This document shows, in pieces, positions 25,801 through 33,994 of a stretch of 35,745 bases of DNA. Numbering within the stretch: position 1 is the first letter of the stretch; every line of letters starts with the position of its first letter. The position numbers were made by a program, and so were the translations under genes. A model generated the notes under the pieces. It worked only from the letters and a program-made list of their open reading frames with translations, was not told the origin of the DNA and made no database searches. Source of the stretch: Bradymonadia bacterium. GTDB lineage: Bacteria > Myxococcota_A > Bradymonadia > UBA7976 > UBA1532. The stretch is from assembly GCA_046290225.1 (NCBI GenBank), contig JBKAGE010000067.1, forward strand, positions 1-35,745, read 5' to 3'.

Positions 25801-26810
25801 ATCTCGGCATCGTCGGGCTGCCGGAGCGGCAGAATCAATCGGGTGAGGTGCTCCTCTGGTGTCCGATCAGTCACCGGCCTCGGGATCGAGACATCGGCGA
25901 TCTCGAAGGCGTAGACGTCGGTGTAGAGCCTCGGGCGCTCGCTGATGGCGTAGACCGCCTTGAAGCCCACCCCGAACATGCCGATCTGGCCTTTGCCCTT
26001 GGTGGTCTGGCCGATGGACAAGACCCCCACGACATCGCGCAGGTCAAAGGGGGCCCCGTCGTGGATCACGTGGACCGCCCCTTCAGCCTGGTGGGCTTCG
26101 ATGTGCCAGCACGTGGCCCCAGCGTCTTCGGCGTTCTGCACCAGCTCCACCAGCCAGTGGCCGGGATCGGTATAGATTTTCTGCGAGAGCAAGGCCTCGG
26201 CCCCTGCCTGGGAGGCAGAGCGGGGTATGGCGGCGAGGGCTTCGAGGGCGCTTTTGGCGAGCCGCCCGCGACGGTCTCGAAAGGCTGCATGTTGAGAAGG
26301 CGCGCCCGCGACGAGGGCCTCGATGGACCGCCCTGGCAGACACATGAGGGGGCCGTCAGGGAGTGCGTCCACATCACCACTGCGCAACGCCGCCTCGACC
26401 TGCTGCACTGCCTCGTCCACCAGAAGGCGCCAGCGCTCTGGCGTGTGCCGGGAGAGCCAGCGAATCAGCAGCGAGAATGTGGTGACGCGATGAATCGGGG
26501 TCCGCGCCGCCGCCTCGGCCACCACCGGTCCCCAGGCCTCCCCCGTCATGGGCCCCAACAGTCGGGCCACCCCAGCATCAGAGAGATCGCTCAGGGCCTC
26601 GGCGACGGCGCCGACGAACCAGGGCTCCCCCAGCGCCCCGGCATCGGCGAAGGCCAGAACACACCGAGCCAGGGGCTCGTGATCGGGCCAGCGGCTCAGC
26701 GTCTCGAGCAGTCGACTTCTCATCTGAGCATCGGCATCACGGGCCACGGCGTCGACGATGGTGACGACCTCGGCGAAGGGCAGGCCTTCAAGGGCAGGCA
26801 AGCTGTTCAT
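19803..26810 (-). CDS. Giant sacsin-like GHKL ATPase with repeat scaffold and C-terminal transglutaminase-like domain (2335 aa)
   Basis: GHKL motifs ELVQNAEDA / HDGAPF / SIG.TTK / IGMFGVGFKAVY, plus sacsin-type CHLPT...HGAFEL..DRE. C-terminal RYD...GICYELN....ELLRRSGIPA..ATG...HLWA...WMPVDAS (Cys-His-Asp triad). Confidence 0.85.
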   Translation of the reverse strand: MNSLPALEGLPFAEVVTIVDAVARDADAQMRSRLLETLSRWPDHEPLARCVLAFADAGALGEPWFVGAVAEALSDLSDAGVARLLGPMTGEAWGPVVAEAAARTPIHRVTTFSLLIRWLSRHTPERWRLLVDEAVQQVEAALRSGDVDALPDGPLMCLPGRSIEALVAGAPSQHAAFRDRRGRLAKSALEALAAIPRSASQAGAEALLSQKIYTDPGHWLVELVQNAEDAGATCWHIEAHQAEGAVHVIHDGAPFDLRDVVGVLSIGQTTKGKGQIGMFGVGFKAVYAISERPRLYTDVYAFEIADVSIPRPVTDRTPEEHLTRLILPLRQPDDAEMGLDAMWHHAQALPPSTLLALRSIRTFRWIAPDGRQREVRRVDTEAGARLETRLSGEGEAQVEHWRLAQGKAGTLVAVQTDDAGCPVPLPEVLPQVFCHLPTGARPGWGIMVHGAFELPVDRERLDPSRDTNQRLLIDAGEALAGLALNLPPSQRRALLGCLRSPRRLSHPGWAALGEAFKNAVGDAPMVVDAVGESWPVSQVILGPAALAEALAGLPLDAGGARLIAEGDTADEVLLWLGARRWSPEVCTTALAHLHLAGPPRLEAIEGLLHWVDATARQKRFSETQLQKVQATPWLIDVEEAWCAPSKVYLADALTRALVGSMLPLVHEGLAEALSPRGWRRLGPKFAGVSQVVALLEHPERGPELGARPGFLPWLRAHEGALGAEAAKIAPLPIFPAEREALAPLTGAGALWIGVGDALERFVADLVVRPPLARLDDPAHRHVLARLGGCTLTSDVMAEALLRGSVQLDDEALIGLHRWLAEVAEGLSTRQLKRWAKLPIHLDTVGRRRALVGAERVAWPEDESISGWLPDGPWIDPRLGRMPHLKMMGITVVSTLSLAQALAGDASSLPPAIDTESDAGRRGLLVWLSTRPRAWTDFDEGLRRALAEAPIWPDNAGALAPLSTRRPPPSIDRVARVYAEIEAAGLTTSWAPLALGDDELAEGARRLVEGLSLAEYMGFGGDDGLIADMAELFARSDVTPWPPSLREAITDALKVGGLTCSEAALATLSTLPWWPDTDGRWCTLGGPQGLVVPGSLRPAMQGGPWPLLDADVEHDRWSLIERLGITPITLDEVVTGWRGAALPEQSAEALRAVVLSADLSTFGAAHVLPELVMWQSASGVLEPAKALIIAEGLMDHGLSVPDAVRLDPVQGQTVADAGAPKHGPPLGFASPDAWLLEQVQRGARWGVPLDAQPPWLSTVAQVALLADALGAGQILTVDAEGRLQSAPVHAADADTVALAVGLPLSARLAHPDWPHPEPPLPPRRLLQAMAQIANVPTAPEAHPVPALRQPEGRQSLYRWLLRHGAEITQDEQARGALGAAAVCLSAGGVLQRPRDLLWRTLGVVDLHIADDQPHGEIPEPLRRWLGAHMITPQGAVRRVAERLLDAHEEAMGRADVEASVRLVRGLAHVLSVDAAEEGALVDLIKRLKLHRRLKVADVRGGFTRPKDLLSPADDAQRHLIETFMQRPPPGPSDVYDTSASRRLIQLAGAEGALDTATLGALLDGRGRVAGDEARVALALYLCHRVETEKGLVDALDLRRRSWMPAVDGRWAEPSSLYWPTEEVVSMLGPGHGKLVSEALARAFGAESGLALGPRLGCRGADGLVLRDVLDAHQEAAVTPSAVLQWIDDALGAGHLSTDEVRAASDRLTLLDDDDTPRAPGALIRDLEPGRYGPWRGGWRQGRKLSRLTSALGIPTQAGFTHHRRVLAWVFESQQRDGRAWLIGTSDWDEIYLELMGDLAAADEPPPQPWGLVVQHNGESLLWPVEHPLIRTEDPSAVVRTPPGLDTAPWREWLAHHGAFTAPAQIPQKQAPSPAIPASAEAPKEGLWSSLRRLLGGQGEDRSPAQPPPSESNRAERHAPERSAPPTPPRGDASGSSAGASQLPDDRRWFQQREAIRPQIGARTDWLDDRHRISRYGLAFRPGRLPAPYTYGPLQIAGTFHRRSQRWSPRGVDPQWATPGEGGPVVTMRGRMPGGVVQLPLPLYGKLLKVTGEDGRVIEFDGATLRLEDDVQLTCEVALAPAPAFGEETTAPTLLSLPSHKALWTPTVPDDELPEPCHALVDAIALEGVVQRIKMIRAFIAERYRYDPKHLEDPRHARWLAKVSEGRANVHLAMLHAGRDAHHLGRGICYELNTLACELLRRSGIPAALATGWTFDRGQVDEPDHLWAMALLDSPWGPRWMPVDASTTRSGRPIHARPRSAGIAPPEQRPEALPETPSWAAVARGQRHGPTVPLNALLAVARHVSEGKLDEATARARCQVILADPDARAALRDVLRL

Positions 26811-26896
26811 GGGGGAGGAGTGTGGTGGGGGGGCAGGCCAGAGGCAAGCTCAGAGGCAATCCCGGGGCCAGAGCCGGATCACCCGTGCGCCCTCGC

Positions 26897-29872
26897 TCAC
26901 TGGGCGTTGGGACCCACCGAGACGACCTCCCACGGCCAGACGCCAGTGAAGACCAGCATGATCCGGAAGCTCTGATCGTCGGAGTCCTCCGCGGGGGTCA
27001 GAGCGCCTGCAGCCACGGCGATGGCCTCGCCGTCAGCGGGCAGCTGAAGGGGGCCAAAGGTGGCGATGGGGGCCATGCCCGTGGGGGCCACGCCGAGGGT
27101 GTAGTTGCCGGGCATGACCGGCAGGCCCTCGGGGGGCGTCACCGCGGGGAAAGCCACGTTCTCGAGACCCGGGAGGATGGTGAAGCCCTCGCCCACCACG
27201 CCGACGTCCACAGCAGGGGCATCGGGGGAGCCGTGCACCGCACGGAGCAGGAAAGCGTTGGGATCGTCTTCGGGGGCCATAAAGCCGTCGGCGAGGCTGA
27301 TGAACTGGAAGGGCTCACGACCCTCAGGCTGCTCACCGAGGAAGCCCGTGGCGATGACGAGGTAGCGCTCACCGGCCATCAGCTCGGGGGAGGCATAGGT
27401 GATCACGGGATCACCCTCAGGGCGCATCGGGCCCTTGTCCGAGGCGAAGATGTCGAGCATGTACTCGCCCGGGGGCACCTGCACAGGGTTCGAGAGATCG
27501 CCGAAGCCGATGTTCTCGATGAGCTCGTCGCGACCGGCGAAGACATCTACGGCGGGGGCGTTGGGGCCCGCGTGCAGCACAGTGACCTGGGGATCCTGGC
27601 GGATGAAGCCGATGGCACCCTCAGCGCCCACGGCGAGCAGGTTGAAAGCGTCGCCCGCATTGGGCTTCGAGCCGAGCAGGCCGGTGGCGATGACGTACAG
27701 CTCGCCGCCCTCGGGCAGCTCAGGCGTGGTGAAGGCGGTCACCGTGTCGACGGTGTCTTCGACCTCGAGGACCACCCCGATGTTGATGGGCTCACCGGCG
27801 GGCAAGGCCACGCCTTCAGCCCCCGTGTCAGCGAAGCGGGTGAAGGCCTCCTGGCCCACCTCGATGGAGCCATCAGCGCCCACATCGAGGCCCACGGCAG
27901 GGGCGTTGGCGCCGGCGTGTACAATGCGCACCCGGGCGTTGCCCTCTTCAGCAGGGCCGAAGCCATCGAGGTAGGGCAGCAGGCGGAAGCCGTCCTCTTC
28001 GTCGCCACCGAGCACACCTGCAGCCACCACGGTGTAGCGCTCAAAGGGCATGAGCTCGAGCTCGGGACTCACGAATGCGGGCTCGCTGTCGGCGGCAGCA
28101 CCGGCGGCGCGGATCTCAAAGGTGTATGCACCTGCAGGCACAGCGGCGTAGTCCGTGGCGGCGCCATAGGGCGCGCCGGCGAAGGCAGGATCCATGGCCC
28201 CCTGCACATAGACGTCGACGTCTGGAGCCCCAGGAGAGGCGTGGATGACCCGAATTTCGGCTTCAGGCTCTGTGGGGGCCACCTGAGCAACCGTCCAGGG
28301 CCAGGCGGCGGTGTTCACCACCATCAGGCCAAAGGGCTGCTCGTTCTCCAGCATGGGGCTCAAGAAGCCCGTGGCCAGGGTGAACGCCCGCAGACCTGCG
28401 GTCAGGTCGAGGTCGAAGGCTTCAACGGGCGTGGGGGTACCGGTGGCGGCGACGCCCACACGGATCTCGCCGGGGGGCAGGGGCAAGCCGGCCGCGTCGG
28501 TGCTCTCGCCGTACTCGAGCTCCTCGAAGACTGGGGCCACGGCGCCGTTGGCGATGGGGCCGACGTCCACAGGGGGCGCATCGTGAGAGGCATGGACCAC
28601 GCGGACCACGGCATTGTCGGCGTCGACGGTGAACTGATCAGTCACCACGGCGAGGTTGATCTCCTCACCGCCGCCCAGGACGTTGGCGGTGCCGCTGGCG
28701 TACACCAGGTAACGCTCACCGGCCATCAGCTCGGCGTCGGCGAGGGTGGCGGCGCCACGGCCCTCGGGGCGCTGCGAGCCCTCGGCGTGGCCGAAGGCGT
28801 CGAGGGTGTAGGTGCCCGGGGGTACGATGATGGGCTGGGAGATCATCCCATAGTCGAGGTTGTCGATGAGCTCGGCGTCACCGGCGAAGACGTCCACCGC
28901 AGGGGCGTCGGGGCCTGCGTGCAGGGCGTAGACGGCGGGGTTCTGCTGGATAAAGCCGATGGTGCCCTCGGGGCCCACGGCGAGCAGACCAAAGCCGTCA
29001 TCGGCGTTGGCCCGGGTGGCAAAGCTGCCGGTGGCGATGACGAAGAGGTCGGCACCACCAGGGAGCTCGGGGGTGGTGAAGCTGGTCACCAGAGCGGCAG
29101 CCTCGTCGGCGGTGGTCAGGCCCACCTGCAGCGCCTGACCTGCCGGCAAAGGCACGCCTTCGGCGCCAGTGTCCGCGAAACGCTCCACAGAGGCGATCTC
29201 CACATCGCCGTCAGCGCCCACATCGATGCCCACGGCAGGGGCGTCGGCGCCGGCGTGCACGATGCGTACTCTGGCGCTCTCGTCCGAAGGTGCGCCGAAG
29301 CCCTCTACCTGAGGCACGAGACGGAACGCGTCTTCATCGGTCTCACCGCCGAGGAAGCCTGCGGCGATCACCGTGATGTTGGCGTTTCCGGGCAGGTCGA
29401 GTTCCGGAGAGACGAAGACCGGCTCCGAATCGAAGGCAGCGCCAGCGGGGCGCACCTCGAAGGTGTAGGCGCCGGCCTCGATCTCGAGGTAGGTCGAGGT
29501 GTCCTGGTAGGTCAGGCCGGAGATGGCGGGCTCGTTGCTGCCCTGCACGTACACATCCACAGCGGGGGCATCGGAGGCTGCGTGCACCACGCGGAGTCGA
29601 AGGCTCTCGGGGGGCATGACCTCACCGCCCATGCCGGCCTCACCGCCAGCTCCGCCGGCCATGCCCGCCTCACCACCAGCTCCACCGCCCGCTTCGCCAC
29701 CCATGCCGGCGGCACCGCCAGCGCCGCCTCCCGCCTCGCCCCCGGCGCCGCCGATGACGCCACCGGCACCGCCAGCGCCGTCTCCACCGCTGTCGTCATC
29801 ATCACAGCCAACGACCACGCCACTGGAGAGAAGGGCCGCAGCCACCCACGACAATTTCCTTAGATTTCGCAT
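26897..29872 (-). CDS. Lipoprotein with eight DUF4397-type repeats
   Basis: Lipobox VVGC, Gly-rich tether, and eight ..hH(A/G)(S/G/A)..AP.V(D/G)h motifs arranged as two tandem blocks of four. Confidence 0.85.
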   Translation of the reverse strand: MRNLRKLSWVAAALLSSGVVVGCDDDDSGGDGAGGAGGVIGGAGGEAGGGAGGAAGMGGEAGGGAGGEAGMAGGAGGEAGMGGEVMPPESLRLRVVHAASDAPAVDVYVQGSNEPAISGLTYQDTSTYLEIEAGAYTFEVRPAGAAFDSEPVFVSPELDLPGNANITVIAAGFLGGETDEDAFRLVPQVEGFGAPSDESARVRIVHAGADAPAVGIDVGADGDVEIASVERFADTGAEGVPLPAGQALQVGLTTADEAAALVTSFTTPELPGGADLFVIATGSFATRANADDGFGLLAVGPEGTIGFIQQNPAVYALHAGPDAPAVDVFAGDAELIDNLDYGMISQPIIVPPGTYTLDAFGHAEGSQRPEGRGAATLADAELMAGERYLVYASGTANVLGGGEEINLAVVTDQFTVDADNAVVRVVHASHDAPPVDVGPIANGAVAPVFEELEYGESTDAAGLPLPPGEIRVGVAATGTPTPVEAFDLDLTAGLRAFTLATGFLSPMLENEQPFGLMVVNTAAWPWTVAQVAPTEPEAEIRVIHASPGAPDVDVYVQGAMDPAFAGAPYGAATDYAAVPAGAYTFEIRAAGAAADSEPAFVSPELELMPFERYTVVAAGVLGGDEEDGFRLLPYLDGFGPAEEGNARVRIVHAGANAPAVGLDVGADGSIEVGQEAFTRFADTGAEGVALPAGEPINIGVVLEVEDTVDTVTAFTTPELPEGGELYVIATGLLGSKPNAGDAFNLLAVGAEGAIGFIRQDPQVTVLHAGPNAPAVDVFAGRDELIENIGFGDLSNPVQVPPGEYMLDIFASDKGPMRPEGDPVITYASPELMAGERYLVIATGFLGEQPEGREPFQFISLADGFMAPEDDPNAFLLRAVHGSPDAPAVDVGVVGEGFTILPGLENVAFPAVTPPEGLPVMPGNYTLGVAPTGMAPIATFGPLQLPADGEAIAVAAGALTPAEDSDDQSFRIMLVFTGVWPWEVVSVGPNAQ

Positions 29873-29983
29873 ACACGTATCCCTTGCGCTCGTGAACAGC
29901 GCTCTACAACAACCATTGTTCTGCTTGAGTTGAGGGGCCCTACCGCACGCAGCGCAGCCCCGCGATGTCTCTCAGATGATGTC

Positions 29984-31930
29984 TCAGGGCCAGCGGACCT
30001 GCCCGGACCAGCGTCGTGTGTGACCGACGCGATCTCGGGCCTCTACAGTGACCTTGTGATCGCCGGGCTTCATTCGAGACCAGGATCGCCACACCGCTTG
30101 CTGATAGCCAGACATCCACTCGGCGTGCACGGGGCGATCGTCCACCGTGATGCTCACCGAAGATACACCCGAGCCTTTGTCGGTTACTGGAACGACCAGC
30201 CTCGGCCCACCGGGGTGAGGCTGAACGGAGGGCTTCTCGATCGTGGGGCGCGCGACGTCGCGCATGAGCGCGAAGGGCCCCAAGTGCACTGTATATCCCG
30301 TGATCCATCCGGCCTCCTGGGCGCCGCCGAGATACCACCAGCGATCGCCTTCACCGAGATAGACACCCACCCCTGACGGATCCGCAGTCGAGGGGAGACG
30401 AATTCCGATCGCGCTCCCCGATCGGGTGGGCCACCAACGGTTGGTGAGACGCTGGATCGGGGTCACGGCCTCGAGCCCGTTCACCACAGGTTGAGGCCCC
30501 TCGACACGCTCCGTGGCGTACGGCAGGAACAAGGCCTTCGACCCCACGGCAAAGCGCACAGGTCCCGATTCGAAGGTGCCCTCGGGGCTCACCGGCAACA
30601 CCTCGATGCGGTGACGCACGGGTTTGCCGTCACGCAGATATCCGATGTCGAGATCGCCCCCCTCCCCCTCAGGCAACGTAACCGCCAGCGCAGGCTCATC
30701 CTCGAGCCTGCTCAGCGTCGCCCCCTCGAGAGGTGCCCCGCGCCATCGCACCTTCAGCTGTTGTTCTGCCCCACCGCAGGCACCGGGCAAGGGCACCACC
30801 ACGCGGCGCCCGCGCCACAGACGCTCCGGAGCGTCCACCAGGGTGCCCTCTCCAGGGGCGGCCTTCGACAGCGACCACGGGCACGGCGGCTTTGCCGGCA
30901 CCACCCTCAGGGTGAATTTCAGCTTGCTGGTGTTGCCCGCGGCGTCCCGGGCGATGATCAGCGCCTCGTGATCCCCTGGTGCCAGATCGACGAGATCGGG
31001 CGGCGGACCCTTGCGGTGCACCCGCACGTGGGGCCCCTCTCGAAAGAGCTTGTTGAACAGCCCCTCGCGCCGCGCTCGACGCCCCGGCTCGAAGTCGAGC
31101 TCCACATGGGCTTTGTCTTTCTTGCCATAGGACACCCGATCGTACCGGGTGAGGTGGCGGCGCTTGCCGTCCACCTTCAGCTCCACGGACCACGGGCTCA
31201 AATCACGGGTGCTGCCGTCGATGCGATCGTTCACCTCCACCATGAGGCCCACGTCACCGCCGATGACCACCGGGGCGCTGATGCGGCCTTTCCGCACCAT
31301 GAAGATGCGATCTGCCTGGTCGTGGGCCACGTGAGCGCTGGCCTCTCGGGGCATCGCCAGCAGCCGGGCGATGCGGGGCGCTTGCGTGTCGGGGATCTTC
31401 AACCCGCGCCGGAGCGGGTTCACAGGCACCCCGCCCTTGCGCAGTTCAAAGTGCAGATGCACCAGATCGGTGCCGCTGGTGCCCACCAGCCCCAAGGCCT
31501 CGCCCGCTTTGACGGGGATGGGCTCTTCGAGGTTGAAGGCCAGCGGGTAGTCTCCCACCTTCTGCTCTCTGGCCTTCACCAGGGTTGCCAGCTGAGGGAC
31601 ATAGGCCGAGAGGTGGCCGTACACCGTGGTCCACCCCCCCGGGTGGCGCACATAGACAGAGCGCCCATAGCCGCTGTGGCTGCGGCGGATGCGATACACC
31701 TCACCATCCGCAGCAGCGAGGACCGCCACCGACTCGTCTCCGCCCGTGACCAGATCGAGGCCAGCGTGGTGATGACCAATCCGGTAGGTGCCAAAGGTGG
31801 AGGTCACCGCAGGCGGATGGTCGAGTGGGTACACCATGGGCAGCGAGGGGGCCTTCGCCCCAGCACTCCCCACCCAGAAGAGCAAAAGCGCCCAACACGG
31901 CAGAAGGCCGACGACTTCAGCGCGCTTCAC
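29984..31930 (-). CDS. M23 family Zn metallopeptidase with C-terminal beta-rich (Ig-like) domains
   Basis: STFG.YR..HHHAGLDL (HxxxD), GYGR..Y..H, YGHL, G.SGT...HLHFELR (HxH), PVNPL. Likely GTG start at 31930 (GAGGTG RBS) with signal peptide, overlapping the upstream stop. Confidence 0.85.
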   Translation of the reverse strand: MKRAEVVGLLPCWALLLFWVGSAGAKAPSLPMVYPLDHPPAVTSTFGTYRIGHHHAGLDLVTGGDESVAVLAAADGEVYRIRRSHSGYGRSVYVRHPGGWTTVYGHLSAYVPQLATLVKAREQKVGDYPLAFNLEEPIPVKAGEALGLVGTSGTDLVHLHFELRKGGVPVNPLRRGLKIPDTQAPRIARLLAMPREASAHVAHDQADRIFMVRKGRISAPVVIGGDVGLMVEVNDRIDGSTRDLSPWSVELKVDGKRRHLTRYDRVSYGKKDKAHVELDFEPGRRARREGLFNKLFREGPHVRVHRKGPPPDLVDLAPGDHEALIIARDAAGNTSKLKFTLRVVPAKPPCPWSLSKAAPGEGTLVDAPERLWRGRRVVVPLPGACGGAEQQLKVRWRGAPLEGATLSRLEDEPALAVTLPEGEGGDLDIGYLRDGKPVRHRIEVLPVSPEGTFESGPVRFAVGSKALFLPYATERVEGPQPVVNGLEAVTPIQRLTNRWWPTRSGSAIGIRLPSTADPSGVGVYLGEGDRWWYLGGAQEAGWITGYTVHLGPFALMRDVARPTIEKPSVQPHPGGPRLVVPVTDKGSGVSSVSITVDDRPVHAEWMSGYQQAVWRSWSRMKPGDHKVTVEARDRVGHTRRWSGQVRWP

Positions 31931-33245
31931 TGCGCCACACCTCGCCAGAGTCATCTCCGTAGTAGAGCGCCCCACGCCACCACGCCGCCGCCCGTGGACG
32001 GACGTCGGTTTCGAAGCGCGTCAATTCGACCACCTCTTCGAGGTCGGGCCCTGTGGCCACGAGCACTCGCACCGACCAGCTGGTCAGCGCGTTCACCTGT
32101 TCGAAGTCCGAGCCCTCATGGGCCAACAAGAGGATCTCGCCGGTCTCCTGATGGACCGAAACATCGATCAGAGTGAGGCCAGCGAGGGCCTCAACTGGGG
32201 CGATGCCATCGCTGTCGACCCGCCACGTGACGTACTCCAGAGGAGGCGCCGCCACATCGACCCCACGGAGCAGGGCCACGTCGGGGGCGATCATGTCAGT
32301 CTCCGTGGCGAAGAACCGGCCGAAGGGGTGCTCGTCGGGCAGCAAATCCACCCGCCGGAGGCTGGTGGCGAGCTGTCCCGTGGGGAACTCGTAGATCTGA
32401 CCCATGCGATCGCTGCGATAGCCGAACATGTAGAGCTCACCTCCGGCGGCCATGAGACGCACCCAGCGCGTATCGCCCATCAGGCCGTTGTGCACACGAT
32501 CGACCACCGACCACGTGGCCCCCTGGTCTTCAGAACGCCAGAGATGCCCGTAGACATTTCCCCCCATCCACTCTTCTGGCGTGCCGCCGGAGCCCACAGC
32601 GTAGAGTTCACCCTCGAAGCCCACCACGTCGTGCACATGTACGCCGTTGTTCACCGTGCGGTGTTTCACCCACTCGCCTCCGGGCGGCCGGCGGTAGACA
32701 TTGCCCAGCCACGCGTCTTCCGTAGCGTCGATGCCCGCCTGGTACAGCACACCGTCGATGAGCCGGAAACGGTCGATCTGCTCCTCGTCGGAGGCGAACT
32801 CCGTCACCACCGCCGTGGGATCACCCGGATCGGTGAAGGCCCGAAATTCGATGGGGGTCACGCGGCCCAGGTTCACCGTGGCGTCGCCGTACCCGAAGAA
32901 GAGCTGATCGTCGAAGGGCACCAGATCGTGAATGCCCCGCTGGAACACTCCATCGGGGCCCACGTGGGCCTCACCGTCGGCGAGATAGTCCACCAGAGGC
33001 TGCCCCCAAGGCTCGGGTTGACCCACCTCCTGAGCGGCGATGGTCTCCGGCCCCACTGTGGCATCTGGGGTCACGTCGGCGTCCTCAGACACCATCGCAT
33101 CGGGCAGATCAGCATCTGCCACCTCAGCGTCGGCGCCACCCGCTCCACCAGCGTTCACGGCCATATCAGGGGCTTCGTCGCTCTCGGCGCCATCATCACA
33201 CGCAGCGAGGGCGCTCACACACATCCACAACACACACCAGCGCAT
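31917..33245 (-). CDS. Lipoprotein with Asp-box/BNR motif, probable beta-propeller
   Basis: Lipobox LAAC, acidic linker, repeated (G)xLY strands, Asp-box WRSEDQGATW, terminal GEVWRS. Confidence 0.7.
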   Translation of the reverse strand: MRWCVLWMCVSALAACDDGAESDEAPDMAVNAGGAGGADAEVADADLPDAMVSEDADVTPDATVGPETIAAQEVGQPEPWGQPLVDYLADGEAHVGPDGVFQRGIHDLVPFDDQLFFGYGDATVNLGRVTPIEFRAFTDPGDPTAVVTEFASDEEQIDRFRLIDGVLYQAGIDATEDAWLGNVYRRPPGGEWVKHRTVNNGVHVHDVVGFEGELYAVGSGGTPEEWMGGNVYGHLWRSEDQGATWSVVDRVHNGLMGDTRWVRLMAAGGELYMFGYRSDRMGQIYEFPTGQLATSLRRVDLLPDEHPFGRFFATETDMIAPDVALLRGVDVAAPPLEYVTWRVDSDGIAPVEALAGLTLIDVSVHQETGEILLLAHEGSDFEQVNALTSWSVRVLVATGPDLEEVVELTRFETDVRPRAAAWWRGALYYGDDSGEVWRSEAR

Positions 33246-33392
33246 CAGGTCTCCACATGCCCGATTCAGGGGGGGTCACGCTAGCACAGGTGGCTCTCCC
33301 GGGACCCACCTAGGGGTCAAGAGTTCCCGCCGTCGCCCGATGTTGAGGGCACGTCCAGCAATCGAGGCGCGCAGCGCCAAACGAGAAGTCAA

Positions 33393-33839
33393 ATGTCGAA
33401 CGACACGCACGATGGACCGCCCCCGTGGCCCTGGGCTCAAGTGGCCGAGGGTCACCGCGCCCTGAGCATGGCCCTCGATCAGGCCATCGATTCACTCGAC
33501 GGGATGCTCGCTCAGTTGGACTCCGGCAATTGCCCGACGGAGATCAGAGCCTTGAGCCGGGTGCTGCGAGACTACATCTACGATCACATGCCCGCAGAAG
33601 ATCGCCTGATCACTGACATCCTTGGTCCAGCGCACCCCGCCTACCACCGCTTGAGCGAAGCCCTCGAGGGCCTGCAGTGGCAGATGCGATATCTGCACAA
33701 GATGGTGGAGAACGAGGCCCCCTCGGTGGACTGGATCGTCATCCGCCGCCAGAGTCAGCGCGTTCTCTCGGCTCTCACGGCCCACAGCCACACCGGCGAC
33801 GCCCTCATGGCAGAGTCGTCCATGGCCGAAGGCGACTGA
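33393..33839 (+). CDS. Hemerythrin-like four-helix protein (degenerate)
   Basis: Helical pattern with EGHRAL, HMPAED (HxxxE) and HSHTGD (HxxxxD). The central His ligand appears replaced (LSEAL). Confidence 0.5.
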   Translation: MSNDTHDGPPPWPWAQVAEGHRALSMALDQAIDSLDGMLAQLDSGNCPTEIRALSRVLRDYIYDHMPAEDRLITDILGPAHPAYHRLSEALEGLQWQMRYLHKMVENEAPSVDWIVIRRQSQRVLSALTAHSHTGDALMAESSMAEGD

Positions 33840-33994
33840 GCCCCACGCTCAGGCGTTTCTGTGCCCATCGAGAAAAAAATTCACCTGCCGCAGAACTTTC
33901 CTGCCCCCTCGCCGTAGACCCACCCATCGCCGAGGCCTTCTCTCCTGATGGCCTGGCAGCTCCATCCATTCTCATGTCTACCCGAGGAGTCTCC

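Noticed and set aside
23472..26975. 1167-aa plus-strand ORF (also 26822-29863, 14975-16396, 30491-32176, 31788-33284, 10204-11322, 997-1974)
   Set aside because: Antisense shadows of the preferred minus-strand genes, most of which carry clear family motifs. High GC3 suppresses stops on the opposite strand, and the translations have no recognisable motifs.
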